From the NCBI GenBank assembly GCA_042216015.1, contig JBDGUI010000043.1, forward strand, positions 1 to 42,722: DNA of 42,722 nt, in the 5' to 3' direction. A program made the translations under genes and the position numbers. The stretch is from Halodesulfurarchaeum sp. (lineage in GTDB: Archaea; Halobacteriota; Halobacteria; Halobacteriales; Halobacteriaceae). Shown here piece after piece: positions 1-8,455 of this stretch; the first letter of the stretch is position 1, and the number at the start of each line of letters is the position of its first letter. The notes beneath the pieces are model-generated. The model searched no databases and was not told the origin of the DNA. It saw only the letters and a program-made list of their open reading frames with translations.

Positions 1-37
1 AGTGGTTCGCGAAGCGAACCCGAGGGAGTAAAAAGTG

Positions 38-223
38 GAAGTGCGCCGGCCGGGAATTGAACCACCTGAAGACGCTTCCTCGCTCACTGCGTTCGCGAGA
101 CTGCCTCTTCCGTACTTCAATTCCCGGCGGACGACTTCACCGCCGGCAATCGCCTCGCGACACAGCAAGCTGGTCGCTCGGCGGATTACGCGTATGAGAA
201 GTGCGCCGGCCGGGAATTGAACC
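38..223. repeat. 26-bp exact direct repeat of the tRNA-Gly 3' end (38-63 and 198-223) enclosing a structured insert with an inverted copy (116-138)
   Basis: GAAGTGCGCCGGCCGGGAATTGAACC occurs at 38-63 and 198-223. TTCAATTCCCGGC at 116-128 is the exact reverse complement of 49-61. Confidence 0.9.
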
Positions 224-272
224 CGGGCTATGAGCTTGGGAAGCTCATGTCCTACCACTAGACCACCGGCGC
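202..272 (-). tRNA. tRNA-Gly (anticodon CCC)
   Basis: Minus strand reads GCGCCGGTGGTCTAGTGGTAGGACATGAGCTTCCCAAGCTCATAGCCCGGGTTCAATTCCCGGCCGGCGCA. It folds as a cloverleaf with anticodon loop TTCCCAA and T-loop TTCAATT; CCA is not encoded. Confidence 0.97.
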
Positions 273-357
273 TCGATTTCCCTTTCCAAGGAACGCACAA
301 AAACGTAGCGCTTGCACCCGGGAATGGCTTTTCACCCTGCCAGCCGAACGCACCAAT

Positions 358-1176
358 ATGACCGCGCCGGACGCCATCGAACCCCTCGACCTCCGCTTTG
401 CCCCCGACGAACTCGACCGCGTCGTCGACTCGATCACCGACTTCATCGCCGACACCGTCGCCGACGCCGGTGCGGATCGGGCGATCCTCGGGCTTTCCGG
501 GGGGATCGACAGCACCACCACCGCTCACCTGGCCGTCGAGGCCCTGGGCAGGGAGGCGGTCCACGGCCTCGTCCTGCCGGGCCTGGTGAGTGATGAGGAG
601 AACATGACCGATGCCGAACGGGTCGCCCTCGATTTGGCGATCGAGTACGACGTCATCGAGATCCAGCCGTTCGTCGACCAGCTGGTCGAGGCCGTGCCGG
701 AGGCCGAATCCGACCAGCTCGCGGTGGGCAACACTCGGGCGCGGGTGCGGGCCGTCCTGGCGTACCTCTTCGCGAACCACGAGAACGGCATCGTGATCGG
801 GACCGGGAACCGCACCGAGGCACTGGTTGGTTACTTCACCAAGTACGGCGACGGAGCGGTCGACTGCCACCCGATCGGCCGGCTGTACAAACAGCAGGTG
901 CGCCAGGTCGCTCGACACCTCGGCGTGACCGAGGAACTGGTGGAAAAAACCCCGACTGCGGAGCTCTGGGCCGGTCAGACTGACGAGGAAGAACTGGGTA
1001 TCGACTACGACACCCTCGATGGGATCCTCGCGCTCCACGTCGATGGCGAACTCTCGCCGGGAGCAACGGCCCGGTTGCTGGGGGTCGATCGCGAAGTGAT
1101 CGAGCGGGTGGCCCGGATGGTCGACCGGAGCGAACACAAGCGCCGACCCCCGGCACAGCCCGAGCCGCTTTTTTAG
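358..1176 (+). CDS. nadE: NH3-dependent NAD+ synthetase
   Basis: GLSGGIDS PP-loop, GN-RARVR, GTGNRTE, GYFTKYGDG and PTAELW motifs; no glutaminase domain. Confidence 0.96.
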   Translation: MTAPDAIEPLDLRFAPDELDRVVDSITDFIADTVADAGADRAILGLSGGIDSTTTAHLAVEALGREAVHGLVLPGLVSDEENMTDAERVALDLAIEYDVIEIQPFVDQLVEAVPEAESDQLAVGNTRARVRAVLAYLFANHENGIVIGTGNRTEALVGYFTKYGDGAVDCHPIGRLYKQQVRQVARHLGVTEELVEKTPTAELWAGQTDEEELGIDYDTLDGILALHVDGELSPGATARLLGVDREVIERVARMVDRSEHKRRPPAQPEPLF

Positions 1177-1286
1177 GGAGGGTCGGTCGATCAATCCGCT
1201 CTTGTCCTCGTGAAACCCACGGAATCCGGGGTGAGGCCTGGGTCTTTCCAAAGGTCTTTGCCGCTCCCCACCATAACCCGGGTACG

Positions 1287-1949
1287 ATGGACGAGGTCGC
1301 ACAGGCGCGCTCCGCGGTGCGGGAGGCGATCAGGGGCATCACCCCCGATCGGCTCAGGCAAGCGATGAACGCCCATCTCCTCAGAGCGTCGATGATCCCC
1401 GGTGTGCTTGCACTCCTGAGTGCCTCGGTCGTGAGTGGGGATACCGAGGAGCGCAACGTCACGAACCGGGCCGCCGGCGTCCAGCTCATCTACGATGGAC
1501 TTCGGCTCACCCGTGCGCTGGTTCGCGCGGAACCCTGGGAGGACGCCGAGGGGACGATCGAGGACGACCTCGACGTCCTGGCCGCGGACGTGCTCGTTGC
1601 TCGGGGCTTTCATCTCCTTTCACACACCGAAGCGGCCGACAAGGCCGTCGAGACCGTCCGGGAGTTCGGCACGGAGCAGACCGAACTCCGGACGGGTGGC
1701 ACGACTGCCCGCTCTCTCGAGGCCAACGTCTTCGAACTTGCGGTCATCGCGGGTGCGACCGCAACGGGAAGCGAGACCCCCCTCTCGCTGCGCCAGTACG
1801 TCGTCGGGCTGGCACGCTCACATGGCGACCCCCCACTCCCGCCCGCGCCGGAGGGACTCCCCGACGGGATCGAGGAGGCGATGGCGCGAGTCGGCAGTCC
1901 GGCGACCGGCGAGGAGCCGGTTCGAACCCCCTCCGCGACCGACCCCTGA
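1287..1949 (+). CDS. conserved haloarchaeal protein resembling a degenerate polyprenyl-synthase (isoprenoid synthase fold) domain
   Basis: Acidic 220-aa ORF. AAGVQLIY and DVLAADVLVARGFHLL resemble prenyl-synthase helices, but DDxxD is absent. A TATA-like TCTTTG lies about 28 nt upstream. Confidence 0.7.
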   Translation: MDEVAQARSAVREAIRGITPDRLRQAMNAHLLRASMIPGVLALLSASVVSGDTEERNVTNRAAGVQLIYDGLRLTRALVRAEPWEDAEGTIEDDLDVLAADVLVARGFHLLSHTEAADKAVETVREFGTEQTELRTGGTTARSLEANVFELAVIAGATATGSETPLSLRQYVVGLARSHGDPPLPPAPEGLPDGIEEAMARVGSPATGEEPVRTPSATDP

Positions 1950-2002
1950 TCGCCACCGATCGAAACCCTAAACAGGGGACGGGTTCCTCTCATCGACTGC
2001 CT

Positions 2003-2074
2003 GCCTGGGTAGCTTAGCGGTAAAGCGCGTCCTTGGTAAGGACGAGAGCCCGGGTTCAAATCCCGGCCTAGGCT
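2003..2074 (+). tRNA. tRNA-Thr (anticodon GGT)
   Basis: GCCTGGGTAGCTTAGCGGTAAAGCGCGTCCTTGGTAAGGACGAGAGCCCGGGTTCAAATCCCGGCCTAGGCT; anticodon arm CGTCC-TTGGTAA-GGACG; T-tract follows at about 2096-2101. Confidence 0.97.
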
Positions 2075-2229
2075 TGTCCCCTCGAGTTGCACCCATTTTT
2101 TGCAACCGCCAGGCATGCAACCCAAATCATGTACCTCCGACCGATAACGGTGTTTTCACGTGATCGTCGACCGGGGGCGATTACGACCCAACTCGATCTT
2201 CGTATCCTTGAGAGCCGAACAATCGAACG

Positions 2230-2865
2230 ATGATCGACGTACCCCTCTCCAGGCGAGACTACCTCGCAGGCCTGGCGAGCGGCTCGGCTTTCGCACTTGC
2301 CGGATGTGTCTCCCCTCCGGCCATGGCGAGTTGAACCAGTTAGCCCGTACCGTCGTCTCGGATCTGGCCCGACACACTTCGTATGACTACACTGTCGACG
2401 AAGACGGGAACGAAGATTCGGGTAACGAAGTCTCTGTGGGGTGGGGCGAAGGCATGCTGGAGGTATCGGTGGATGCGGCGTTCGCCACGAGTCGGTTCTG
2501 CGTGGAGTACCCGAAGAAGTCCCTCCAGCAGGATCCCGAACGGATGGAGGGAAAAAAGAGCGGAGCGTTCGACACACTCATCGAACAGAACCCACACCTC
2601 GATGAGGTCTACTTCTACGCGTTAAGGGACACGATGCGGGAACTCGAAAAAAGAGAATACGACCTACTACGTCTTCTCCGTCGAGTTCGAGAACGGTAGC
2701 GTCTGGAACGAATACTCCGGGGAGAAGGCCCAGAAGCTATCCCAGTCACTGAAAAAATCACCGGTACCGATGCAGACCGCCTCACAGCAGTTCCGCGAAT
2801 ACGGACGGTTCGAGTGCTCCCCGGGGAGAATGCCCCGACCCCCTGAACCGAGCGAGAGCCAATAG
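2230..2865 (+). pseudogene. frameshifted Tat-secreted lipoprotein of unknown function (two apparent frameshifts)
   Basis: ATG 2230 gives MIDVPLSRRDYLAGLASGSAFALAGC (twin-Arg plus LAGC lipobox) and then stops. Protein-like sequence continues in the 2160..2699 frame. After the A6 run at 2647-2652 it returns to the first frame (ENTTYYVFSVEFENGSVWNEY...) up to TAG 2863-2865. Confidence 0.7.
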
Positions 2866-2872
2866 AACGCCC

Positions 2873-3835
2873 TCAGACAAGAAGATAGCTTCCGACCCAG
2901 AACAAAACGTAGAGAAGACCGAGCAATGCAGCCTCTGCTCGCCTGATCCTGCCCCGAGAGAGGAAGAGGCCGATGAGCGCCGTCGCCACGAAGAAGAACG
3001 GCCAGTAAAACGTGAGAACCGAGGGATCGAGGGCGAACCCTCGCGTGACGGCGAGCAGACCGACGTTTCCGGTGGCGAAGAAGAGGAGACTCCCCACGAT
3101 GTTTCCGACGGCGATGCTGGATCGCCCCTCGCGAACGGGTATCGAGACCAGCGTCACCTCCTCGAGCGCCATCGCTAGCCCGACGAAGGTCATGCCGAAA
3201 ACCGTCTGATTGAGTCCGAGCGAGGCCACGATTCCACGAGCCCCCCGAACGGCCAGCTCCGAACCGATCACGATTCCGATGACGAAGAGGGCAGACAGGC
3301 CGAGGTAGTACCACGCTCCATCCCCCTCCGCTTCGACCGCCTCGCGCGCCTCCGCAGCCTCCTCGTCTCTGAAGGTCTCCCTGCCCTTGCTCTCTTCCCG
3401 ATAGATGTGCGCGAGTATCAGCGCGAAGCCAAAAAGGAGGATCGCCCCATCGAAGCGCGTCAGCGTTCCATCGAGCATGAAGACGAGCAGGAAAACCGGC
3501 GAGGCAAGCAGGATGCCCAGGTAATCGCGGTCGATTTCCGTCTCGAAGGGGGTCAGGAGTCCGGCGAGGGACACGGCCACCCCGACGAGGAACAGCCCGG
3601 ATCCGAGGGCGGACCCGATCCCGATCCCCGGGAGTCCTTCGAGCATCGCGGCGACGCCGAACGCCCAGTTCTCGAAGTCCATCCCCGCGAACAGAACGGC
3701 GAGGACGAACGTGGAGAGGCCCGTCACGACGGCCGCCTTGGCGATGTTCTCGACGAGTTCCTCGACGCTTCCCACGATAAGAACGACTCCGACAGCGAAC
3801 ATCCCCCCGGCAGCGATCAGCGGTGGGATTGCCAT
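2873..3835 (-). CDS. sodium:calcium (CaCA/YrbG-like) antiporter family protein
   Basis: About 10 hydrophobic helices in two repeats, with GIGSALGS and SIAVGNIVGS alpha-repeat-like segments; start set at MAIPPL (3835). Confidence 0.85.
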   Translation of the reverse strand: MAIPPLIAAGGMFAVGVVLIVGSVEELVENIAKAAVVTGLSTFVLAVLFAGMDFENWAFGVAAMLEGLPGIGIGSALGSGLFLVGVAVSLAGLLTPFETEIDRDYLGILLASPVFLLVFMLDGTLTRFDGAILLFGFALILAHIYREESKGRETFRDEEAAEAREAVEAEGDGAWYYLGLSALFVIGIVIGSELAVRGARGIVASLGLNQTVFGMTFVGLAMALEEVTLVSIPVREGRSSIAVGNIVGSLLFFATGNVGLLAVTRGFALDPSVLTFYWPFFFVATALIGLFLSRGRIRRAEAALLGLLYVLFWVGSYLLV

Positions 3836-4128
3836 GTTTGTCGGTACTGATCGAACGGATAAAAATGTGGATTCCGAAACTTCGCACTCCCGCCGGGAGC
3901 GCTGGTGACGAAACGGCTTCAACCCTGTCGACTTCGGTACCCTCGGCGGCGCTGATCGGAAATCCGGGAGTTCTGGGCGGAATCTCGGTCCCACGGATGT
4001 CCGCGAACCCTCGGTGACACCCTCGCACCGCGGGGAATGGCTTATTTCGGCGCCAGCCGATGAAGGCACACGGAGGACTCGAACGGGGAACCCGAGTCCA
4101 CCACAGCCGGTCGGCCCACCCCCTCAGC

Positions 4129-5274
4129 ATGCGCCCGAACATCCGACTCCGCGACGTCCTCTCCCCTGACCCCGACACGCTGGCCCCGCGGGTGGCGGTC
4201 CTTCTGACCCTCGCGGTCGCGATTCTCTCCATCGTCACGGGCGTCGCGAACATCAGTGCCCAGAGCGTGGTCGGGCCGCTGGCCGAGTTTATCCCGCCGG
4301 CGATCCAGCGAACGGCCGGATTCACCGGTGTGCTCACCGGCTTCCTGATGATCTCCAGTGCGCTCGGTCTCCGGCGGGGGCTCCGGGTGGCATGGCACTC
4401 GACACTCGTGCTTCTGCCGCTCACGGCACTCCAGGGCCTGCTCCAGTCGAGTCCGCTCTCGGCGCCGCTCGTGATCCTCTCGGTGCTCGCCCTCCCGAGT
4501 GTCCTCCTGAATCGGTCGCGATTCACCCGGGAACTCTCCTTGACGACCTCCCAGCTGGCCGCGCTGACCGTGGTCATCGGCGTACAGGTTTACGGAACCG
4601 TCGGAACCTACGCCCTCAGAGACGAGTTCGTGGCCGTGGAGACCCTCGTCGATGCCTTTTATTACACGCTCGTCACGGCCTCGACGGTCGGGTACGGCGA
4701 TGCGATTCCGACCACACAGGGTGCCCGGCTCTTCGGAATGACCGTCGTCGTCTTCGGCACGGCGAGTTTCGCGCTCGCGCTCGGTACACTCTTGGGCCCG
4801 CTCCTCGAAGCACGGTTTGCACGGGCACTGGGACGCATGAGTGACCGAAACTACGACCTCCTCCAGGACCACGTCATCGTCCTCGGATGGGGCGAACTCA
4901 CCGAGGCGATCATCGAGGAAATCGAGCCGGGGGCCACGTTCGTCCTGGTCACCGATGACCAGGACCACGTCGCTCGACTCGTCGACCGGGACGTCGATGT
5001 CCTGTCCGGGAATCCGAGCGACGAGGAGCCCCTTCACCGGGCGGGGATCGAACACGCCAGAACGGTCCTGGTGGCGACTGACGACGACGGGGACGACGCG
5101 CTCGCCGTCCTCACCGCCCGCGAGTTGAACCCCGAGGTTCGGATCGTGGCCGCGGCGACGAATCGGGAGAACGTCCGCAAGCTCGAGCGGGCCGGGGCAG
5201 ACTCGGTGATCAGTCCGACCGCACTCGGGGCCCGAATGCTCGTCGAGGCGAGCTTCGGCGGGGAGCAGAATTGA
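4129..5274 (+). CDS. potassium channel with TrkA-N/RCK domain (Kch-like)
   Basis: Pore signature TASTVGYGD, C-terminal RCK_N (HVIVLGWG, AGIEHAR, KLERAGADSVISP), extra N-terminal TM helices; start approximate. Confidence 0.92.
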   Translation: MRPNIRLRDVLSPDPDTLAPRVAVLLTLAVAILSIVTGVANISAQSVVGPLAEFIPPAIQRTAGFTGVLTGFLMISSALGLRRGLRVAWHSTLVLLPLTALQGLLQSSPLSAPLVILSVLALPSVLLNRSRFTRELSLTTSQLAALTVVIGVQVYGTVGTYALRDEFVAVETLVDAFYYTLVTASTVGYGDAIPTTQGARLFGMTVVVFGTASFALALGTLLGPLLEARFARALGRMSDRNYDLLQDHVIVLGWGELTEAIIEEIEPGATFVLVTDDQDHVARLVDRDVDVLSGNPSDEEPLHRAGIEHARTVLVATDDDGDDALAVLTARELNPEVRIVAAATNRENVRKLERAGADSVISPTALGARMLVEASFGGEQN

Positions 5275-5341
5275 GGGCGATCCGGGCACTGGAATCCGGG
5301 ATGACCCCAGCTATTTAGCCCACGGCCGGCTTTGCTGAGGC

Positions 5342-6558
5342 ATGGTGACGGTTCAACTCTCCCAGATTCTCCTTGGGGTGTACCTCGGCCTGCTTGCCTC
5401 CCTGTTTCCCGCGTCATCGCCTTTGCGATCGGGTTCGTGTTCAAGTATTTCACGAACGTGACCGTGCCTGCGCTGGGGGTCGTCGTTCTGAGTGGGGCAC
5501 TCGCCGGCGTCTCGGGTGGTCTCATGGGGTTTATGGATCCCCAGCTCGCGGACAGCTCGACGGGAATCATCGCCACCGCCGTCATCCTCATGGCGAGTCT
5601 GTGGGCCCACAGCCAGGGCGACAAACTGGCCGTCGAGACCCCCCGGGGGCTGACGCTCAAATCGCTGCGGGAGAGTCGCCTCTCCGTGGATCTCGTCGAG
5701 CGGATCGACTCGTTCGGTCAGGTTCACCTCCAGCCGATCGGGGAGGTACAGGACATCGAGGGCTACCCGCCCCTCCCCGAGGACCTCCGCGAACGGGTCC
5801 GGGCCGGCTCATGGCGGTTTCCCGCCGATCTTCCGCTCGCGGACCTCGAGTCCCGGCTCGAGGAGCGGCTCCTCGCCGACTTCGAGCTCGCGGAGGTGAC
5901 GGTCTCGATCGACGAGCGGGGCCGGGACGAAATCGCGGCTGCTCCGACTGCGGCCGGCCTCTCCCGGCGGGTTCCATCGGGCAAGCGGGCCGTGACCGTG
6001 CAAACGGTGTTGCCGACCGGTGTCGCCAGGGGCGACGTCGTCTCCCTCGACCTCCCGGACGGGACGGTTTCGGGTCCGGTCGAGAGCGCCAGGACGGCAG
6101 CCGTGGGCGAACGGGAGTCCGAAGGGTCCGTGCCGTCAGCAACCGGAGACGAGTCGACAGAACCCACCGCCCCTCCTGTCTCGACGACCACTGGGGGTGA
6201 GGGGCAGGTGACGATCGTCCTCCCGCCCGAGGATGCAAAGCGGGTCCTTCGAACGGATTTCGCTCCGATGATCGTTCACTCCCGGGGGACGAAACGCGAA
6301 TACGAGGCGATCGGCCTGCTCAGGAACGACGGCAATCGATTCAGGCGGTTCACGCTCGAGACGGGGAGCGAACTGGTGGGAAAGACGATTGGTGGGGCCC
6401 ACGTTCGGGACCGGTACGGTGTCGCGATCCTGACGGTCCGGCGGGGAACAGAACGAATCATCGCGCCTGGGGGTACCACGGAGCTTCAGGCAGGCGATTC
6501 GCTGATCGTGGTGGGGGGCCACAACCAGCTCAGGTCCTTCGCGGAGGTGACTCAATGA
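5342..6558 (+). pseudogene. membrane protein with C-terminal TrkA-C/RCK_C domain, one-base frameshift near 5414 (real or assembly error)
   Basis: ATG 5342, about 25 nt after TATA-like TATTTAG, gives MVTVQLSQILLGVYLGLLASLFPA. The hydrophobic helix continues as IAFAIGFVFKYFT in a different frame from 5416. C-terminal GSELVGKTI...GDSLIVVG is RCK_C. Confidence 0.8.
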
Positions 6559-7760
6559 CGGTGCTGGCAATTGCGATCGTTCCGCGACTCCTCTCGTCGC
6601 TCCTGTACGTCGCGGGTCTGGTGCTGCTCGCAAGCGGAACGACGGCAGCGGCGTCGTTCCTGTATCGAGTGCGAGTCCGACACCAACTCCCCGAGGGGGC
6701 GAGCCTGATTCTCGGTCTCGGCGTGGTCGCGCTCACCCTCAACACGCGCTCGCTCTTGGTGGGATTCGTTCAGGAAGGGGCCCTCGCCCCCACGATCGGC
6801 GAGGCGACCATCAACGTGATCGTCTTTCTGGGGGCCGCTGTGGCTTCGTACGGCGGACGGTCAATCGGGGACCGATTCGCGCAGTCAGACCGACTCACCT
6901 GGGGGACTCTCGCGGGCGATTTCAGCCCCATCGTCCGGGCTGCCGGTCGCCACATCGCCGTGACGTTGCCCGAGGAGATCGACGACATCGAGGGATATGA
7001 GCCGGTCGATCCGGAGACGAAGGCGGCCCTCGCGGAGCGAACGCTCGACTTCCCGCGTGGGTTGACCGTCGCCGAACTCGAGGCCCAGCTTCTCGCCAGG
7101 CTCAAGGAGAAGTACGACGTCGGCTACGTCGACGTGGAACTGACCGAGGACGGGAGGGTCACGTATCTCGGCGTCGCGACGCGCCCGGCGGGTATCGGGC
7201 CGACGTTGCCACCCAACGCAGCGGCCGTCGCGATTCGTGCCGATCCACCGTTCAGTGCGACGGCAGGGGATGTCATCCAGCTCTGGGAGATCGGTGAGAC
7301 CGGGCCGAGCCAGCTCGGCACCGCCGAACTCAGAGCGAGAGTCGGCCAGGTCGCCACCGTCATCACCGACCGCGACGTGGCACGAGCGATCGACCCGGAA
7401 ACCTCCTATCGGCTCCTGACTCTGGCCGCGGATTCGCATCCGGACCGGGAGTTCGCCGCCATGCTTCGCCGGGCCGAGGAGACCATGCGGGCCCTTACCG
7501 TTGGGTCGGACAGCCCGCTCGTCGGCATCTCCGTCGCGGCGCTGGCCGTCACGGTTCTCGGGATCCGCAAACCGGGCGCGGAGATCGAGACGGTTCCGAA
7601 CCGGTCCCGGACGATCGGGGCCGGCGACGAACTCTTCGTGATCGGTCGACCCGAGACGTTTCGGAAGCTGGAGGCGTTCGGCGACGTCGAAACTGTCGGC
7701 GATTCGGGATCGAAGGCGGCCGAGAACGTGACCCGGCGGTGGAAGCGGCCGACGAATTGA
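6555..7760 (+). CDS. membrane protein with TrkA-C/RCK_C domain (paralog of the upstream gene)
   Basis: ATGA overlap with the upstream stop, N-terminal TM helices, shared DIEGY-P middle domain, C-terminal DSPLVG...GDELFVIG. Confidence 0.85.
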   Translation: MTVLAIAIVPRLLSSLLYVAGLVLLASGTTAAASFLYRVRVRHQLPEGASLILGLGVVALTLNTRSLLVGFVQEGALAPTIGEATINVIVFLGAAVASYGGRSIGDRFAQSDRLTWGTLAGDFSPIVRAAGRHIAVTLPEEIDDIEGYEPVDPETKAALAERTLDFPRGLTVAELEAQLLARLKEKYDVGYVDVELTEDGRVTYLGVATRPAGIGPTLPPNAAAVAIRADPPFSATAGDVIQLWEIGETGPSQLGTAELRARVGQVATVITDRDVARAIDPETSYRLLTLAADSHPDREFAAMLRRAEETMRALTVGSDSPLVGISVAALAVTVLGIRKPGAEIETVPNRSRTIGAGDELFVIGRPETFRKLEAFGDVETVGDSGSKAAENVTRRWKRPTN

Positions 7761-7782
7761 GTCGCTCTCGAAAGCGATCGGG

Positions 7783-8280
7783 TCATCCAAGCGTGAACTG
7801 CTGGCCGGCGAGCACCGTCAGACCGGCGAGAAGTACCCCGAGGACCAGCAGGAGGGTGTTTCCGATGGGGCTGCCGGCCCTGGTCACCCCCAGGGAGCAG
7901 GAATCAGTCCCGAACGGCGCGAACGGGCGAATTCCCATGGGCGTCAACGCGTCGGCGAAAAGGTGAGAACCGACCGTCAGGGTCCCGACGACGAACCCGA
8001 ACGCGGCGAGCCCAACCCGACGGACGGAGCCGAACTCGAACCCCCCGATCCACCCGACAGCACCGAGGCCGAGACCCACGATGAGCGCGAACCAGATTGT
8101 GTGGGTGAAGCCACGATGGGAGACGAACGGGAGCCGCTGATCCACGTCGGGGAGCATCGCACCCCCGAGCACGATTGCGCCCCCGAGGGCGGCCAGCCCC
8201 TCCAACCCGGCCGAAAGGAGGAGAAAGGCGACTGGCGCGTAGACCAGGAGCGCCGCGCCATAATGTCCGGTTCGGTACAT
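7783..8280 (-). CDS. membrane-bound metal-dependent hydrolase (YdjM-like)
   Basis: GH, LPDVD, HRGFTHT and SHLFADALTPMG motifs within TM helices. Confidence 0.9.
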   Translation of the reverse strand: MYRTGHYGAALLVYAPVAFLLLSAGLEGLAALGGAIVLGGAMLPDVDQRLPFVSHRGFTHTIWFALIVGLGLGAVGWIGGFEFGSVRRVGLAAFGFVVGTLTVGSHLFADALTPMGIRPFAPFGTDSCSLGVTRAGSPIGNTLLLVLGVLLAGLTVLAGQQFTLG

Positions 8281-8455
8281 TATTTTTCGACACCGTTATC
8301 GCTCGGATCCCAGCCGATCGAGTCGGTTTCCATATCTGTTGGTTTTCGCACCGACGGAAAAGGAATGTGTTCGATCCGCCGAGGACTCCGGGGTCTCTTG
8401 CGAGATGGTGGGCTTTGGCGGATCGAGGGTCGACAGGGGTGGGTGACTGCGACGT

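Noticed and set aside
38..138. Second tRNA gene or split tRNA half
   Set aside because: Only the acceptor 3' strand and part of the T-arm are present; there is no D-arm, anticodon arm or evident bulge-helix-bulge motif.
35..220. 61-aa ORF with repeated RRPG/SAPAG-like ends
   Set aside because: It is a translation of the tRNA-derived repeat on the antisense strand and lacks an acidic haloarchaeal composition.
2160..2699. Intact 179-aa CDS as given in the ORF track
   Set aside because: The N-terminal ~50 aa are Arg-rich out-of-frame sequence; the region is better explained as the middle of a frameshifted lipoprotein gene.
2667..4577. 636-aa minus-strand ORF
   Set aside because: Arg/Gly-rich off-frame shadow overlapping the antiporter and K+ channel genes; long stop-free frames are expected at this GC content.
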